A DNA stretch of 64,000 bases from Basidiobolus meristosporus CBS 931.73 (lineage: Eukaryota > Fungi > Basidiobolomycota). This document shows positions 37,735-49,501 of this stretch, one piece after another (within the stretch, counting starts at the first letter, position 1; the number at the start of each line of letters is the position of its first letter). The notes below the pieces were generated by a model. It saw only the letters and a list, made by a program, of their open reading frames with translations. It searched no databases and was not told the origin of the DNA. Both the position numbers and the translations under genes were made by a program. The stretch lies in assembly GCA_002104905.1 (NCBI GenBank), contig MCFE01000143.1, positions 91,647 to 155,646 on the forward strand, read 5' to 3'.

Positions 37735-37890
37735 TTAGTGCCCATCTTCACAATGCTTGACATGGTCCCCGCCGTCAGCATGGCCCTCACACCGATGCCG
37801 GTGATGGTCATCTCAGTGGCCAATGGTGCGCTCATCCTCGGAAGAGTACTAGCTTTCAATTGCGCATCCAACCATCACTTGGCCCAGTAA
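37735..37890 (-). pseudogene. Decayed copy 11 of the secreted-protein family
   Basis: The minus strand reads LGQVMVGCAIES*YSSEDERTIGH*DDHHRHRCEGHADGGDHVKHCEDGH*: two stops, deletion of most of the Cys domain, no ATG. Confidence 0.7.
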
Positions 37891-38656
37891 ATTCTTATTA
37901 CTCTGGTATACTTCTATTTTCAACTACCAAAGTCCCATCTTTACCTCATTGTGGGCCTACCAGCTATCAGTCAATTATAAATAATCGTCCCTTAGGATTT
38001 GACTATGATCAACCTCTGAATCTCTTGAAACACACATTTAGATATAGGTGGCTCGTTTCTATTCTGTCGGCTCCTATAGCACCATGAAGTACAAAAAGGT
38101 TGAACCCTCGAAGGTGATGCAACATATTTTGGTTGGCTCAAGTCTATATATCCGCATTGTTGGAGCATCAAATTGACAAGCATTCATTCCGACTTCTTTA
38201 CATGGTAGCTGTATGCTACATTTCCGTGTGATTTCAATCCTCATGGTATGCAACATACCCTCCTGTAATCCACCTCACAGCACACCTCTAGATATGCATT
38301 ATTGCTCCTGAATTCCAATTTCTCGCAGCACAAATGGTTAGTAAATCACCACTGGCCCCTACCTGGGCAAATAAGCTTGTGCTCTTTACTTTCGTTGCTC
38401 ACGTTCTCAGGGGATATAGATCAATTCGGAAATTGGCTGGATATTCGATTTTGCCTTAACGTACTAGCGGCAATCACACTCAAACCACAGTATTGTGCAT
38501 AGCAATGGTTTCTTCTTGTAGGTGCATAGGCAAAGATGTACATAAGTCGGCCCACTCTCTCAAGAATTCATTAAACAATCGATTTTCACCTCGACATCAA
38601 TATTGCACCCCCAAAAATCAAGCTAGACGGCATCTCTAACATATTCACAAGTCCAA

Positions 38657-38995
38657 ATGAAAGTAATTATATCTCTATTCGCCCTTGCCCTTTTGAGTCA
38701 TGCTGTGATCGGATGTAGCACTAATGAAAGCAGATGCTCCTCTGATGATGACCGCACTATTGTTCGCTGCGTTAATGATGAATGGGTAGAGACCAAATGT
38801 GGTGTGGAGACCGTTTGTCGCGAAGAAGAACACACCGGGCCATTCTGTGACCACGAGGACTGGGATCATGATGACCATTGGGATGGCGACCATGACGATC
38901 ATTGGGATGGTGACCATGACGATCATTGGGACGCCCATGACGGTGACCACCATGACGACAGACATGGGGATGATGATCACGATGATGATTATTGA
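38657..38995 (+). CDS. Secreted 6-Cys CBM19-like protein, copy 12 (112 aa)
   Basis: Signal peptide, 6 Cys, HWDGDHDD repeats. Confidence 0.9.
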   Translation: MKVIISLFALALLSHAVIGCSTNESRCSSDDDRTIVRCVNDEWVETKCGVETVCREEEHTGPFCDHEDWDHDDHWDGDHDDHWDGDHDDHWDAHDGDHHDDRHGDDDHDDDY

Positions 38996-39557
38996 GGTGG
39001 TCAATGATTTTCCTATTATTGGCGACAATTGCATTCTCATGAACATATCAGAATAAAGTTAATCATTCCGTTCCTCATCCATTTGCATTGGGACTAGCTG
39101 TTTTTACGAATTTATGATAGTATATGTTTATCTTTATTTATGATGGTTTATCAACAATACGAGTAATTCAACTATATGGCCAGCAATAATTAGCAACTAA
39201 TACAAGTGTACATGAGGTATGTCTTCTATAGCCAGATTTTGCCATGCAATCAATCAAACATACAGCAGGATGTAATGAGGCGATATGATTTCATTGGTCA
39301 AATATCATCGGTGTATGGACTGGCTTTTTGGGAAATGCCATATGCACTCCTATCTCCCAAACTCATGTACTATGGCAGCAATGTGAATGTGCATGATACA
39401 TCTTGGGCAAGTCTCTCAGTATACTATTTAAGGCCGTTGCTTTACTTCTACTCACTCACACTCAATCTTCATATTAGCATCTACTGCGCACACACAAACA
39501 GCATACACATCAAGCAAACTAGATACATCCTACCTACAAGCACTCAGGAAAACCATC

Positions 39558-39926
39558 ATGAGATTCTATGCCACTTTACTTGCTCTTGCTCTCTTGAGCC
39601 AAGCTGCGATCGGCTGTACCCACAATGAAAGCAAGTGCTCCGAGAAAGACGATCGCACTATTGTCCGTTGTGTCAACGATGACTGGGTAGAGACCAAGTG
39701 CGGTGTTGAAACTGTTTGCCGCGAAGAAGAGCACACCGGGCCATTCTGTGACCACGAGGACTGGGATCATGATGACCATTGGGATGGTGACCATGATGAT
39801 CATTGGGATGGCGACCACGACGATCATTGGGATGGCGACCACGACGACCACCATGATGACCACCATGACGGCCATGAAGACTGGGATCATGACGACGGGC
39901 ACTGGGATGAGCATGGTGATCATTAA
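39558..39926 (+). CDS. Secreted 6-Cys CBM19-like protein, copy 13 (122 aa, longest tail)
   Basis: 58-aa tail made only of D26, H17, W6, G6, E3; three exact HWDGDHDD repeats. Confidence 0.9.
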   Translation: MRFYATLLALALLSQAAIGCTHNESKCSEKDDRTIVRCVNDDWVETKCGVETVCREEEHTGPFCDHEDWDHDDHWDGDHDDHWDGDHDDHWDGDHDDHHDDHHDGHEDWDHDDGHWDEHGDH

Positions 39927-40600
39927 GCTAGTCTAAGAGATCAGAGTATCAGTTGCATCGCTATGCCTCAAGTAACATTCATATCAATAAACAAGTTATA
40001 CCTGACAATCTCATCTATCTGGAAAACTGAGAAAGTACTCAGCGCTAGATTGCAATATGCTAGAAGAATACCATATAATCAATAACCTTGGCACGTTCAT
40101 TGGGGAACGTTCTTTACAAGATATGTTCGCTTATATTCCATCCGTGATACGAGACAAATAGGTGTCTCTATACTCCAATAGGATATCACGTTTGCACCAT
40201 CAGAATATTCTGGTATACTGATCTTGATATTACACAGCGTATCCCGTTCACTTCATTCCATTCGCTAACCAACTTCAATAAGATTTGCTTATTCCGAAGA
40301 GCGAATTTCACCCCATGATTCATAGAGAAGGTACCCTCATCGAATGTCTCAACAGCAAGTTGGCTAAGAGCATATGCATCAACTGGACCGTTCGTAACAA
40401 GGAATGTCACACGAGGCCCAGGAGTGATTGTACTGATATCCATGATAACAACACAAGTGTAAGCGAGATGACACGAGCCAACTGGCCAGGTTAGCTTGAA
40501 ATTGAGGGATTTTATTTGACATGAGGGGGTTAAACAGTGAAGGATTATGGGATATTTATAAAATTAATTTCACTATTGCCGATGTTCAAACTTGGGTGAT

Positions 40601-42247
40601 TTAATTGAATTCCTTCTTCTCTTCAGAAAGCTCTCGGAGTTTAGCCTCTCTGTCCTCCTTGTAAGTATACTTGGTGGACAAGAAGATGAATACGAGATTG
40701 GCAGCAAGGCCGATACCGCAGTAGAGGAAGTACTTGGGAGGACCCTGCATAGAAGTTCCCACCAAAGCTTCTTCAATGGCAGTGACAACCAAGTTACCGA
40801 GGGAGACGGTGAGGAGCCAGAAGGATGAAGAGGTTGACTTCATTTGGCGACCGACCTGGGTATATGTGAATTGGAGACCGGTGGGGGAGACCATGGTCTC
40901 ACCAAGGGAGAGAAGGGCCCATTGGGGCAATTGCCAGGCTCCGTGCAGACAGTTAGGGCAGCTGGTGACCTTGCCACTCTTATCATGAGTACCATCAAAT
41001 TTGGATTGCACAATGTATTGGAGACCACCGGACAAAGCAAAGGAGAGGATCACAAGGAAGAAGCCAACAGCCATACGACGGAGGAGGTAGAACCGGATAC
41101 CACGTCTCTCGAGGAATGGGTAGAGAACCTTGGCGCAGAGGGGAACGAAGATCAGAATGAAGATGGTGTTGAAGATCGATGACTGTTCAGTAGAGATCTC
41201 GAGGGAGCCCCAGTTCTTGTTCATCATCTCATACTGCTCTTGCCATTCAGTACTTTGCTGATCGTAGATCATCCACCAGAACATGATTGGAAGAATCATG
41301 CCGAACACTTGACCAAACATGCGGATTTCCTCGACGAACAATGGGCCAACCAAGTCCTCGGCGAAGTTCAACCAGTTGCCACGGCGTTGGCGCTCCTCAG
41401 GGGTGGCCGAGGAGTACTTCTTGATGGCGTATACGGTACCCTTAAGCGCCTTCCAGGGAAGGAACTCGCCAATGGCTGGGACAATACGATAATGCTTGAA
41501 GCCCAAGATGAAGATCACCAATGCACATCCGAAAAGGCCAGCTGGAAGAATGAATGCACCAAAGTAACACTGTGAACCGAAGCAAGTAGCCTTATCCTTG
41601 ATCATTGGAGTGATGTATTGCGAGAGCAATGAGCCACTGTTGATGGAAATGTAGAACATGGCGAAGAACCAATCAAGGGCTTTGGTTTGATGAGGGAGAT
41701 ATTGATCACCACCGTGAGAAGAGACACATGGCTTGATACCACCGGTGCCGAGAGCAATCAGGGTCAAGGGAAGCATAGCAGTCCACAAGGGATAAGCGCC
41801 ATAGTTGCTGATCAATCCGTTGATTGAGAAGACAGCCAAAAGGATGGTACCAAGGAAGTAGACCACCGACAGGTAGACAATGGTGTGGTACTTGGCTAGC
41901 CAGGAGTCAGAGATGGCCGCACCGAGGAGGGGGAAGAAGTAACACATCATGTTGAAGGCGTGTGAATTCACCTTAGCCTGGACCGCATTAAGGCCCACGG
42001 CAGTCTTGAAGTATTGTTGAAGAAGATTTTTGATACCATAGAAAGTGAACCGTTCGCAGAACTCGTTGGGGATAATGTACCAAACAGCCTTAGGGATCTT
42101 ATTTGGATTCTCCAAAAGTTGTTGGTCAAGCTTTGCATTTAGCTCGCGTTCCAAACGTAAGAGTTCTTCTTCACGTTCAGTGAGTCTGTCGGTAGTACCC
42201 AGCTCCATTTGTTGGAGATTGTGATTGTCCTTCTCGTTTGCAGTCAT
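40601..42247 (-). CDS. POT/PTR proton-coupled oligopeptide transporter (SLC15/PepT-like), copy A, 548 aa
   Basis: ExxER motif NEFCERFTFYG, PTR signature LGTGGIKPCVSSHGGDQ, DQQSTEW, GETMVSPTGLQFTYTQ; many hydrophobic helices; intronless. Confidence 0.95.
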   Translation of the reverse strand: MTANEKDNHNLQQMELGTTDRLTEREEELLRLERELNAKLDQQLLENPNKIPKAVWYIIPNEFCERFTFYGIKNLLQQYFKTAVGLNAVQAKVNSHAFNMMCYFFPLLGAAISDSWLAKYHTIVYLSVVYFLGTILLAVFSINGLISNYGAYPLWTAMLPLTLIALGTGGIKPCVSSHGGDQYLPHQTKALDWFFAMFYISINSGSLLSQYITPMIKDKATCFGSQCYFGAFILPAGLFGCALVIFILGFKHYRIVPAIGEFLPWKALKGTVYAIKKYSSATPEERQRRGNWLNFAEDLVGPLFVEEIRMFGQVFGMILPIMFWWMIYDQQSTEWQEQYEMMNKNWGSLEISTEQSSIFNTIFILIFVPLCAKVLYPFLERRGIRFYLLRRMAVGFFLVILSFALSGGLQYIVQSKFDGTHDKSGKVTSCPNCLHGAWQLPQWALLSLGETMVSPTGLQFTYTQVGRQMKSTSSSFWLLTVSLGNLVVTAIEEALVGTSMQGPPKYFLYCGIGLAANLVFIFLSTKYTYKEDREAKLRELSEEKKEFN

Positions 42248-45200
42248 GATGGAAGACGAATGTAGTGAGGAATACTGGAGCCCTCTGGCTTGGCTTTATA
42301 GATTCCCAAAAGGAACACTGCTTCATATGATGTCGGACAAGATTTAATGGTGGATATTGCCATCACAGGTAGATTGAAAGCCTTGAAATTCCGCGACATT
42401 TAGGTAATTGTTGGGGAGCATGGACCTGGAAACAAGAGAAAACCGGATCTAACTCGACTGATCAATTCAAAAAAGTCGAATTTTTGGTGTGGTCCAAGGT
42501 CGCGGATTTCTCGATTTGGCTGATTCCTTAATGTAAAATCCCAAGAGTTAGTCATGTGGGAATATTCTTAGTCCATCTTAGCCCACAGGGAAGCCAAATT
42601 TGGGATTCCGTGCATTCGCGCATCATGTGGTTTTATCGACCATCCACTAATTCGGTGGTCGCGAGGTTGAGATGCCACGTCCTATTTGCACACTAGATAG
42701 TCTCAGACTCTACATCCCATGCCCACACTCTGACAGCACGTAGCTATGGTCAAGATTATGTGTTGTATATTTGTTCAGCATTTCAGAGGATCCATGTACA
42801 GATACAAAAGTGTAGGCAGAGAATAGTGACATGTTAATGAAAGAAACCGGTACTCAGAACAGGTTTTGTTGGCCATATCAGCTGCTTATTCAATCCCAAG
42901 GTGGGAAAACGGGTCTTCTGCGCAGCTTCCATGGATTTCCCCTGCGACATCCAAATAATCAATCACATCATCACTTCAAGCAGTCTAGCAAAAATATCAA
43001 CCATAACGCCAACGGTGCGAGTTTTACTTGTCTGTGGTGGGCAACTGGTGGGTTGTTTTCATTCACTGATTATGAATCAAGAAGATCCCCCAAATAGCAC
43101 CCATGTCACCATTAAGCTTACTGAAGTAATCTCGTTTCAGAATTGCACCACCCATTAGATGGTTCATCTGAATCGTGAGAAATTGTCGAGGATGCCGGCC
43201 TAATGGGCGCTACAACGATGATTTTAAGGCGAATCAGCCAGGTAGCATGGTTATCTTTCTATTTGGATCAATTCTGTCTTTGCATGGGAATACTCCAATT
43301 TATACGATATATTATATGGTGTGACCAACTAATGGCAATGCCATGATTTATAGTATGGGAATGGAAAACTTTCGCTAAGCATCTTTAAAGCGACACGTTA
43401 GTGGGAGGGAATAGAATGCAGTGCGTGATACAATGAACTGTTCACTTTCAAAATCGACTAAACTCTAAAGCAATCCATTTACAGTGAATCGTTTCAATGG
43501 AATTAAGGTTAAGTGCGAAAAAAGGTTAATCCAGATAGATTGAGTGGCGGCGGCTTTGATCACAAAGGGAGCACAGGGAGCCAAGCGATGCCTCTGTTTG
43601 ATGTAGATTGCTGAAAATTACAAGCAGCATCCAGAACGGATTGCAAGAACGGATCGATTGCAAGCTGGCATAGAGAGGGAACTGCAAATTGCCAAGAAAG
43701 GCGACAAAATCTACCACTGTGAAGTCTTGGGCAGAGTCAATCCAGAAAATACGTGAGAGTTTCTCGGAAAATGTTTCATATATGGCCCACGCTTATTGCA
43801 AAAAAGGATACTCTCATGACTCTGCAAAGGATCCTAATAATTCAAATTAGTATCCCGATTGACCACAAAGCGTAATTCGATATAAGAACTGTCATACAGG
43901 GACAATTGAGATTGGTAGCACAGAATCCTGCGTTTCCGTCGCCATCAACAAATCCTGCTACAGCGTCGCGGTGCCGATGTGATACTAGAGCGAACACCTG
44001 ATTGACTGATAGAGTGACAAGGGTTAGAATCGATGTCCTCCTCTCCAATAGGGAGGTGAGGTAGAGGCTCCCCCGTTGCTGATATCAAGGTATCACAATC
44101 ATATCTTGTATCCAAAAAATGGGAAGGTTCACCGGGTTTCATCATTAAATCACCGAACTCCCCTAGTTGGGGATTTTGGAATGTTTAGATGGATAAACAG
44201 GATGTTAGAAAACAATTGAAACACCACGTTAATGTATAGCTATGTTACATGTAAGATACCGTAAGAAATTCCTCGGATTTGTGCGACCAAAATTTAGCTT
44301 AGGACAGGTTCAAAGGTAAGAAATCCGGTAAGAGCCCAAACTTTAATTATATCAAGCCTTATACTAACCAAAACTGAACAGAAACACTGCTATTGCTTGG
44401 CTATGCCAGCAGTATAAAACGGCGGACGCATATCTGCAATGAACTCGCATCCCCTTGTCGTCGACCAATTCAAACACCTATGTGTCAGGATAGAGAGATA
44501 ATGGTGCCGTTCTAGAAGACCAAGTGCGCAGCCTCCTTGGGACATAAGATGCTTGACATTCTTTACGAACCAAAAAAATCTGAAGGTCTTTTAGCCCCTT
44601 TCCCTGATTTTTTAAACGGTTTACTTACTTGAATTCCGTGGTGGTATTTTGAAACGACTGTCGAACCTGACGAGAGAATGGCTTGGCACGTTAGCATCCA
44701 TGGTATCTGGGCATTTATCGGGATCCATTCCTTTTTTTCCGTGCCACTTTACTCAAGTAGCAATCGTGCAGTTAGTTAACCTTCAGTAAGCTGTCACTCC
44801 ACCTTGGTTGCGACCTCCTTAACAGTCTAGTAATATGCGAGAGTAACGTGAAGGCCATTTCTTTACGAGATATTGGGATCGTTGTCAGCAACATCACACT
44901 TAACCCGGCATTGCTCGCTGCTATTGCTAACTCAAGCTGTGCGATTTAACCAATGCTAGTAATATCAAATCTATGAAAAGCTATTGCCAAACAACTCAGT
45001 ACATTAATCTACAGGTCGGCCCCGTTATCATTAGAAACAACAGCCGATTAATTGGATAGCCCGACTTTGTCCATAAATACTGTTATCTGATGGCAGATTA
45101 ATTGAATGGTCATTTGATACGTAGCTTGTTTTTAAGCTTTATGATAGTTGGATACAGATAAGGGACTCCATTATGTGCTCATATGATAGTAATGCAAGAT

Positions 45201-46382
45201 GACATTGCTTTGACCGGATTTGGAATGGTATATTCCGGTGTTGTACAGGTATACATTTATATAAGTATATGTATAGTGCCATGTATTGGGCTAGGGTGTA
45301 GAGAAAGAAATACACACTAACAAGCCTCTCTGCAAGGCCAACATTCTCGCGTTTCAACAAGGCCACAAGTTGCTGCATTAACTTCCAAACCACTCGTGCA
45401 GGCGACTTGACGAGATTCGTGCGAAAATCCTCATACCGCCTAATTCGTCATGATGGACGTTCCTTTGGAAGCCTCCATTCAGGATTTCGCAGAACAAATA
45501 GAGTTCTATAGTGAAATCACTTGTGATATTACTCTCACTGATTATCAGCTGATCAAAGAAAATCCAAACTCTAGGTTGGCGAAAGTTTGTACAAAATAGA
45601 CGCAGACCCAATGACTCAACCCAGATTCTTCGTGAGAGTTGTCTCATCAGAAAACCCAGATCGATTTTCTCATGGCTCCGTATTGGACTCAATTTACATC
45701 CGCGGCGTGACCAAAGTAGACGTGCTAGCAAACTCAAATTAGTCAAATTATGGAAGCACAGGATCCTGAAATCTCCCATCATCCACTCAGCACTCCCCGA
45801 GCAGTTCACAAAGTCTCACAATCCTGCACACTAAACTTGATATGTGCATTTGGTGTGATACTCGGCACATGATGGAGGTGATTTTCGGATAAGAACGAGA
45901 TATCAAAGATCTCTGTAGCAATAATGCTGGAGAAAGCTGCTGTCTCGAACGATGCGAGGAAATCAGATTGTGTGGATTCGGTAGTCATACAACGCTATCC
46001 TGTATCCAAATAATAGGAAAGTTCGTTTTTCTCCTAATTTCTCATCACCCAGGTTGTAGATTTTCGACTGCTATGGCGCCATTGGATCAACAAATTCCTT
46101 ATTGATTTGGTGCCATAGAACATTTGACGAGATACCAATTGAAACACTCGGTTTTTTGCGTATCTTACATAACAAAGAAGAGCTGCTGGATTCTTACGTT
46201 GTGTAGCGCTGGAGTTGGCTTTTCGATGGTTAGGCATAGGCTTACGAAAACCTGTTTGAGTCGAACCTTATTTTGAACGAACCTGTACTAGCCAAGCGTA
46301 CCATACGGCAGACTTTAGTCTCACTACCAGTATAAAAAGACAACCATGATTTTCAGATTAGATATCATCTACTTACCTTCTA

Positions 46383-48032
46383 ATGACAAACGAAAAGGAT
46401 ATTCACGAGCTTCAGCAGATGGAAATCGGTGCTGCTGGTGAAGACCAACTCACTGAACGTGAAAAGGAGCTACTCCGTCTGGAACGTGAGCTGAACGCCA
46501 AGCTTGACCAAGCACTCCTTGAGAACCCTGACAAAATCCCAAAGGCCGTTTGGTTCATCATTCCAAACGAGTTTGGTGAGCGCTTCACTTTCTATGGTAT
46601 CAAGAATCTTCTACAGCAGTACTTCAAAACCGCAGTCGGCCTCAATGCCATCGATGCTAAAGTACAAACCCATGCCTTCACAATGATGGCTTATTTCTTC
46701 CCTCTCCTTGGTGCTGCCGTCTCTGATTCATGGTTGGGCAAGTATCACACCATCGTTTACCTCTCCATTGTCTACCTCATCGGCACAGTTCTCCTGGCCG
46801 TTTTCTCCATTAACGGTTTGATTGCGCAATTTGGTGGCTATCCTGTCTGGACTGCCATGGTACCTTTGACCTTAATCGCCCTTGGTACTGGTGGAATCAA
46901 GCCATGTGTTTCATCCCATGGTGGTGACCAATATCTCCCTCATCAAACTAAAGGCTTAGATTGGTTCTTTGCTATGTTCTATATTGCTATCAACACCGGA
47001 GCCCTTCTTGCACAATACATCACCCCTGCCATTAAGGAAAAGGTTGTATGCTTTGGGAGCATGTGCTACTTCGGCGCATTTGTGATCCCAGCGATACTCT
47101 TTGGCTTTGCGCTTGGTGTGTTTATCTTTGGCTTCAGATATTACCGCGTTGTTCCAGCTCTCGGCGAATTCCTTCCCTGGAAGGCTGTTAAATGTACAAT
47201 TGTTGCAGCCAGACGCTATTCTTCTGCTACTCCTGAAGAGCGTGCTCGTCGTGGTAGCTGGCTCAATTTCGCTGAGGAATCCGTGGGTCCACTGTTTGTT
47301 GACGAAGTCCGTCTGTTTGGCAAAGTGTGCCTCATGATCATCCCGATTATCTTCTTCTGGATGATCTACGACCAACAAAGCACTGAATGGCAAGAGCAAT
47401 ATGAAAAGATGAACAAGAATTGGGGATCTCTGGAACTCACTACAGAACAGTCTGCTATCTTCAATACTATCTTCATCCTGATCTTTGTCCCTCTGTGTGC
47501 TAAAGTCATTTACCCATTCTTGGAGAGACGTGGTATCCGTTTCTACTTGCTCCGTCGTATGGCTGTTGGTTTCTTCCTTGTCATTGTCTCATTCGCCATT
47601 TCTGGAGGCCTCCAATACGTCGTTGAATCCAAATTCGACGGCACATATAACGACAAGCATACTAAGGTAGAAACCTGCCCTAACTGTGTCCATGGTGCAT
47701 GGCAACTACCTCAATGGGCTTTGCTCTCACTTGGAGAAGCCATGATATCTCCAACTGGATTGCAATTCACCTATACTCAAGTTGGCCGTCAAATGAAGTC
47801 CACTTCATCCTCATTCTGGTTGTTATGTGTTTCATTCGGTAACTTGGTGGTGACAGCTGTCGAGGAAGGATTGAAGGATACCTCGCTTCAAGGACCACCA
47901 AAATATTTCTTCTACTGTGCCATCGGAATTGTTGCCAACGGTGTCTTCTGCCTCCTCGCTAAAAATTATACCTACAAAGAAGATAGAGACGCACAATTGG
48001 CGAAAACCGACAAGAAACAAGAGGCCCAATAA
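46383..48032 (+). CDS. POT/PTR transporter, copy B, 549 aa (most divergent)
   Basis: NEFGERFTFYG, LGTGGIKPCVSSHGGDQ, GEAMISPTGLQF. Confidence 0.95.
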   Translation: MTNEKDIHELQQMEIGAAGEDQLTEREKELLRLERELNAKLDQALLENPDKIPKAVWFIIPNEFGERFTFYGIKNLLQQYFKTAVGLNAIDAKVQTHAFTMMAYFFPLLGAAVSDSWLGKYHTIVYLSIVYLIGTVLLAVFSINGLIAQFGGYPVWTAMVPLTLIALGTGGIKPCVSSHGGDQYLPHQTKGLDWFFAMFYIAINTGALLAQYITPAIKEKVVCFGSMCYFGAFVIPAILFGFALGVFIFGFRYYRVVPALGEFLPWKAVKCTIVAARRYSSATPEERARRGSWLNFAEESVGPLFVDEVRLFGKVCLMIIPIIFFWMIYDQQSTEWQEQYEKMNKNWGSLELTTEQSAIFNTIFILIFVPLCAKVIYPFLERRGIRFYLLRRMAVGFFLVIVSFAISGGLQYVVESKFDGTYNDKHTKVETCPNCVHGAWQLPQWALLSLGEAMISPTGLQFTYTQVGRQMKSTSSSFWLLCVSFGNLVVTAVEEGLKDTSLQGPPKYFFYCAIGIVANGVFCLLAKNYTYKEDRDAQLAKTDKKQEAQ

Positions 48033-49501
48033 TAGGATATATAAGTTTAATGCTACGAGATCTTCAGTATTTGAATTTTCCAGACCATACCCTACTGTTG
48101 ATATAACCCAACTTTCTGCTGCACAGCAATGTGAAATAAATCATTAATCAATGTCTGTCACCCAATACACATCGATAAAATATCTTCTGTGTTTGAATGT
48201 TACTTTCTGTGTTTCGATCATAAAGTTGTTGTTTAGTTGATAGATAGATTAATCAAAGGATTCACCGAAATCACGACTATTTTTGATATTCAGCCATCCC
48301 TACACATTTCACCTATTTAGAATCCTCATTGCGTGGTGGTCACTGCCCTTAATTCCAGGACTAATTGGATAGTCATCTGACCCGGACTCTAACCTTGAGC
48401 CTTTAAAGTGAAGTGTGGTGACTCCATGATATACTGAGAGGCACGTATGATGAGTTGATATTTGATCTGTCCAGTTTTGGAATGGAAGGACTATAAGGGA
48501 CGGTGAGCGTGATCTTGAATATCCAAGTAAAGTCTAATTTATCGGATGCTGTGCTGAAGTCCTACGCAACTGCAGAGTCCAACTGGCAGAACCAATCTTA
48601 TCATTCTGACTTATACTGGGAAGAGAGCTACAACTCTAACGACCCATTCACCACAAAACTCACCGCCAATTGGGCTTCAAAAAACCCCGACTTCATGCAT
48701 AAGCTACCCAAGTAGTCAAATATATAGGCCGCCTTTAAAGATCCGTGGGAGATTTAACAGAACTCGACAGTGAAGTGATTCAGTGATCGTAAGCCCAATT
48801 CGTCAATATCGAATTCTAGAAATTTGATGGGAATGTAGGTGTCACAAATTGACCACAATCATTAAAATACAACAATCGGCAAATCGCGTTTATCTCTGTG
48901 CTTTGATAAACATCTGGAGTAGACTCCTATCAGAATACCAGCAGCAGTATCAAACCGAGTATTGACAGATAACCACCACTCTGGATGCCTATTGTCTGCG
49001 AAGTGTCTTGAAGAGGCTAAGACATCGTAGTCAACGATTGGACTATACTGAATAGTTGATGATATATCTTCAGTCCCGCGACAAATGAAATCTCATAGCA
49101 TGTGATCACACTTCTGATGAATGTGCCTTACTTGAAGGTCGCCCGTGAAGCCATACAGACTATCTGAAACAGAACCGCGTTCCGTTTTTGATCCTTTCTG
49201 TACACCTTAGTGGTGCTCGTCTATTTGATTGGCAAGACTGCTGAACCATGAACCTTATTTCTGATGGGTTTCCATTTTTGGGGATATGAATTGAGTCTGC
49301 CTTCGAATAAAGTTTGTAGAGTACAAGGATCAGGCAGCTAACCCTGGCCTAGAAAGTAAATCCGATCTTTCGCACCGACTAAATTGTCCGCATGACCACG
49401 ATTTCTGATAGCTAGGTTGTTCGAGGGGACCGCTTGCCTTGAAAATATATAAGGGGTGCATCGTGCCTCGTGGAATACACATCACTACTCATATTCACAC
49501 C

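Noticed and set aside
30454-39926. Tail repeats as a Kex2-processed pheromone or peptide precursor
   Set aside because: No KR/RR sites or x-A/x-P spacers between the repeats.
30384-39936. Many antisense and alternate-frame ORFs over the secreted-protein genes (MIMVAVIPVLV..., MKAGARPRMTAP...)
   Set aside because: Shadows of GAT/GAC/CAT/CAC-rich coding sequence, which lacks stops in other frames; they coincide exactly with the real genes.
40186-40443. 85-aa minus-strand ORF between the array and POT A
   Set aside because: No recognisable motif, non-ATG start in the track, no supportable exon structure.
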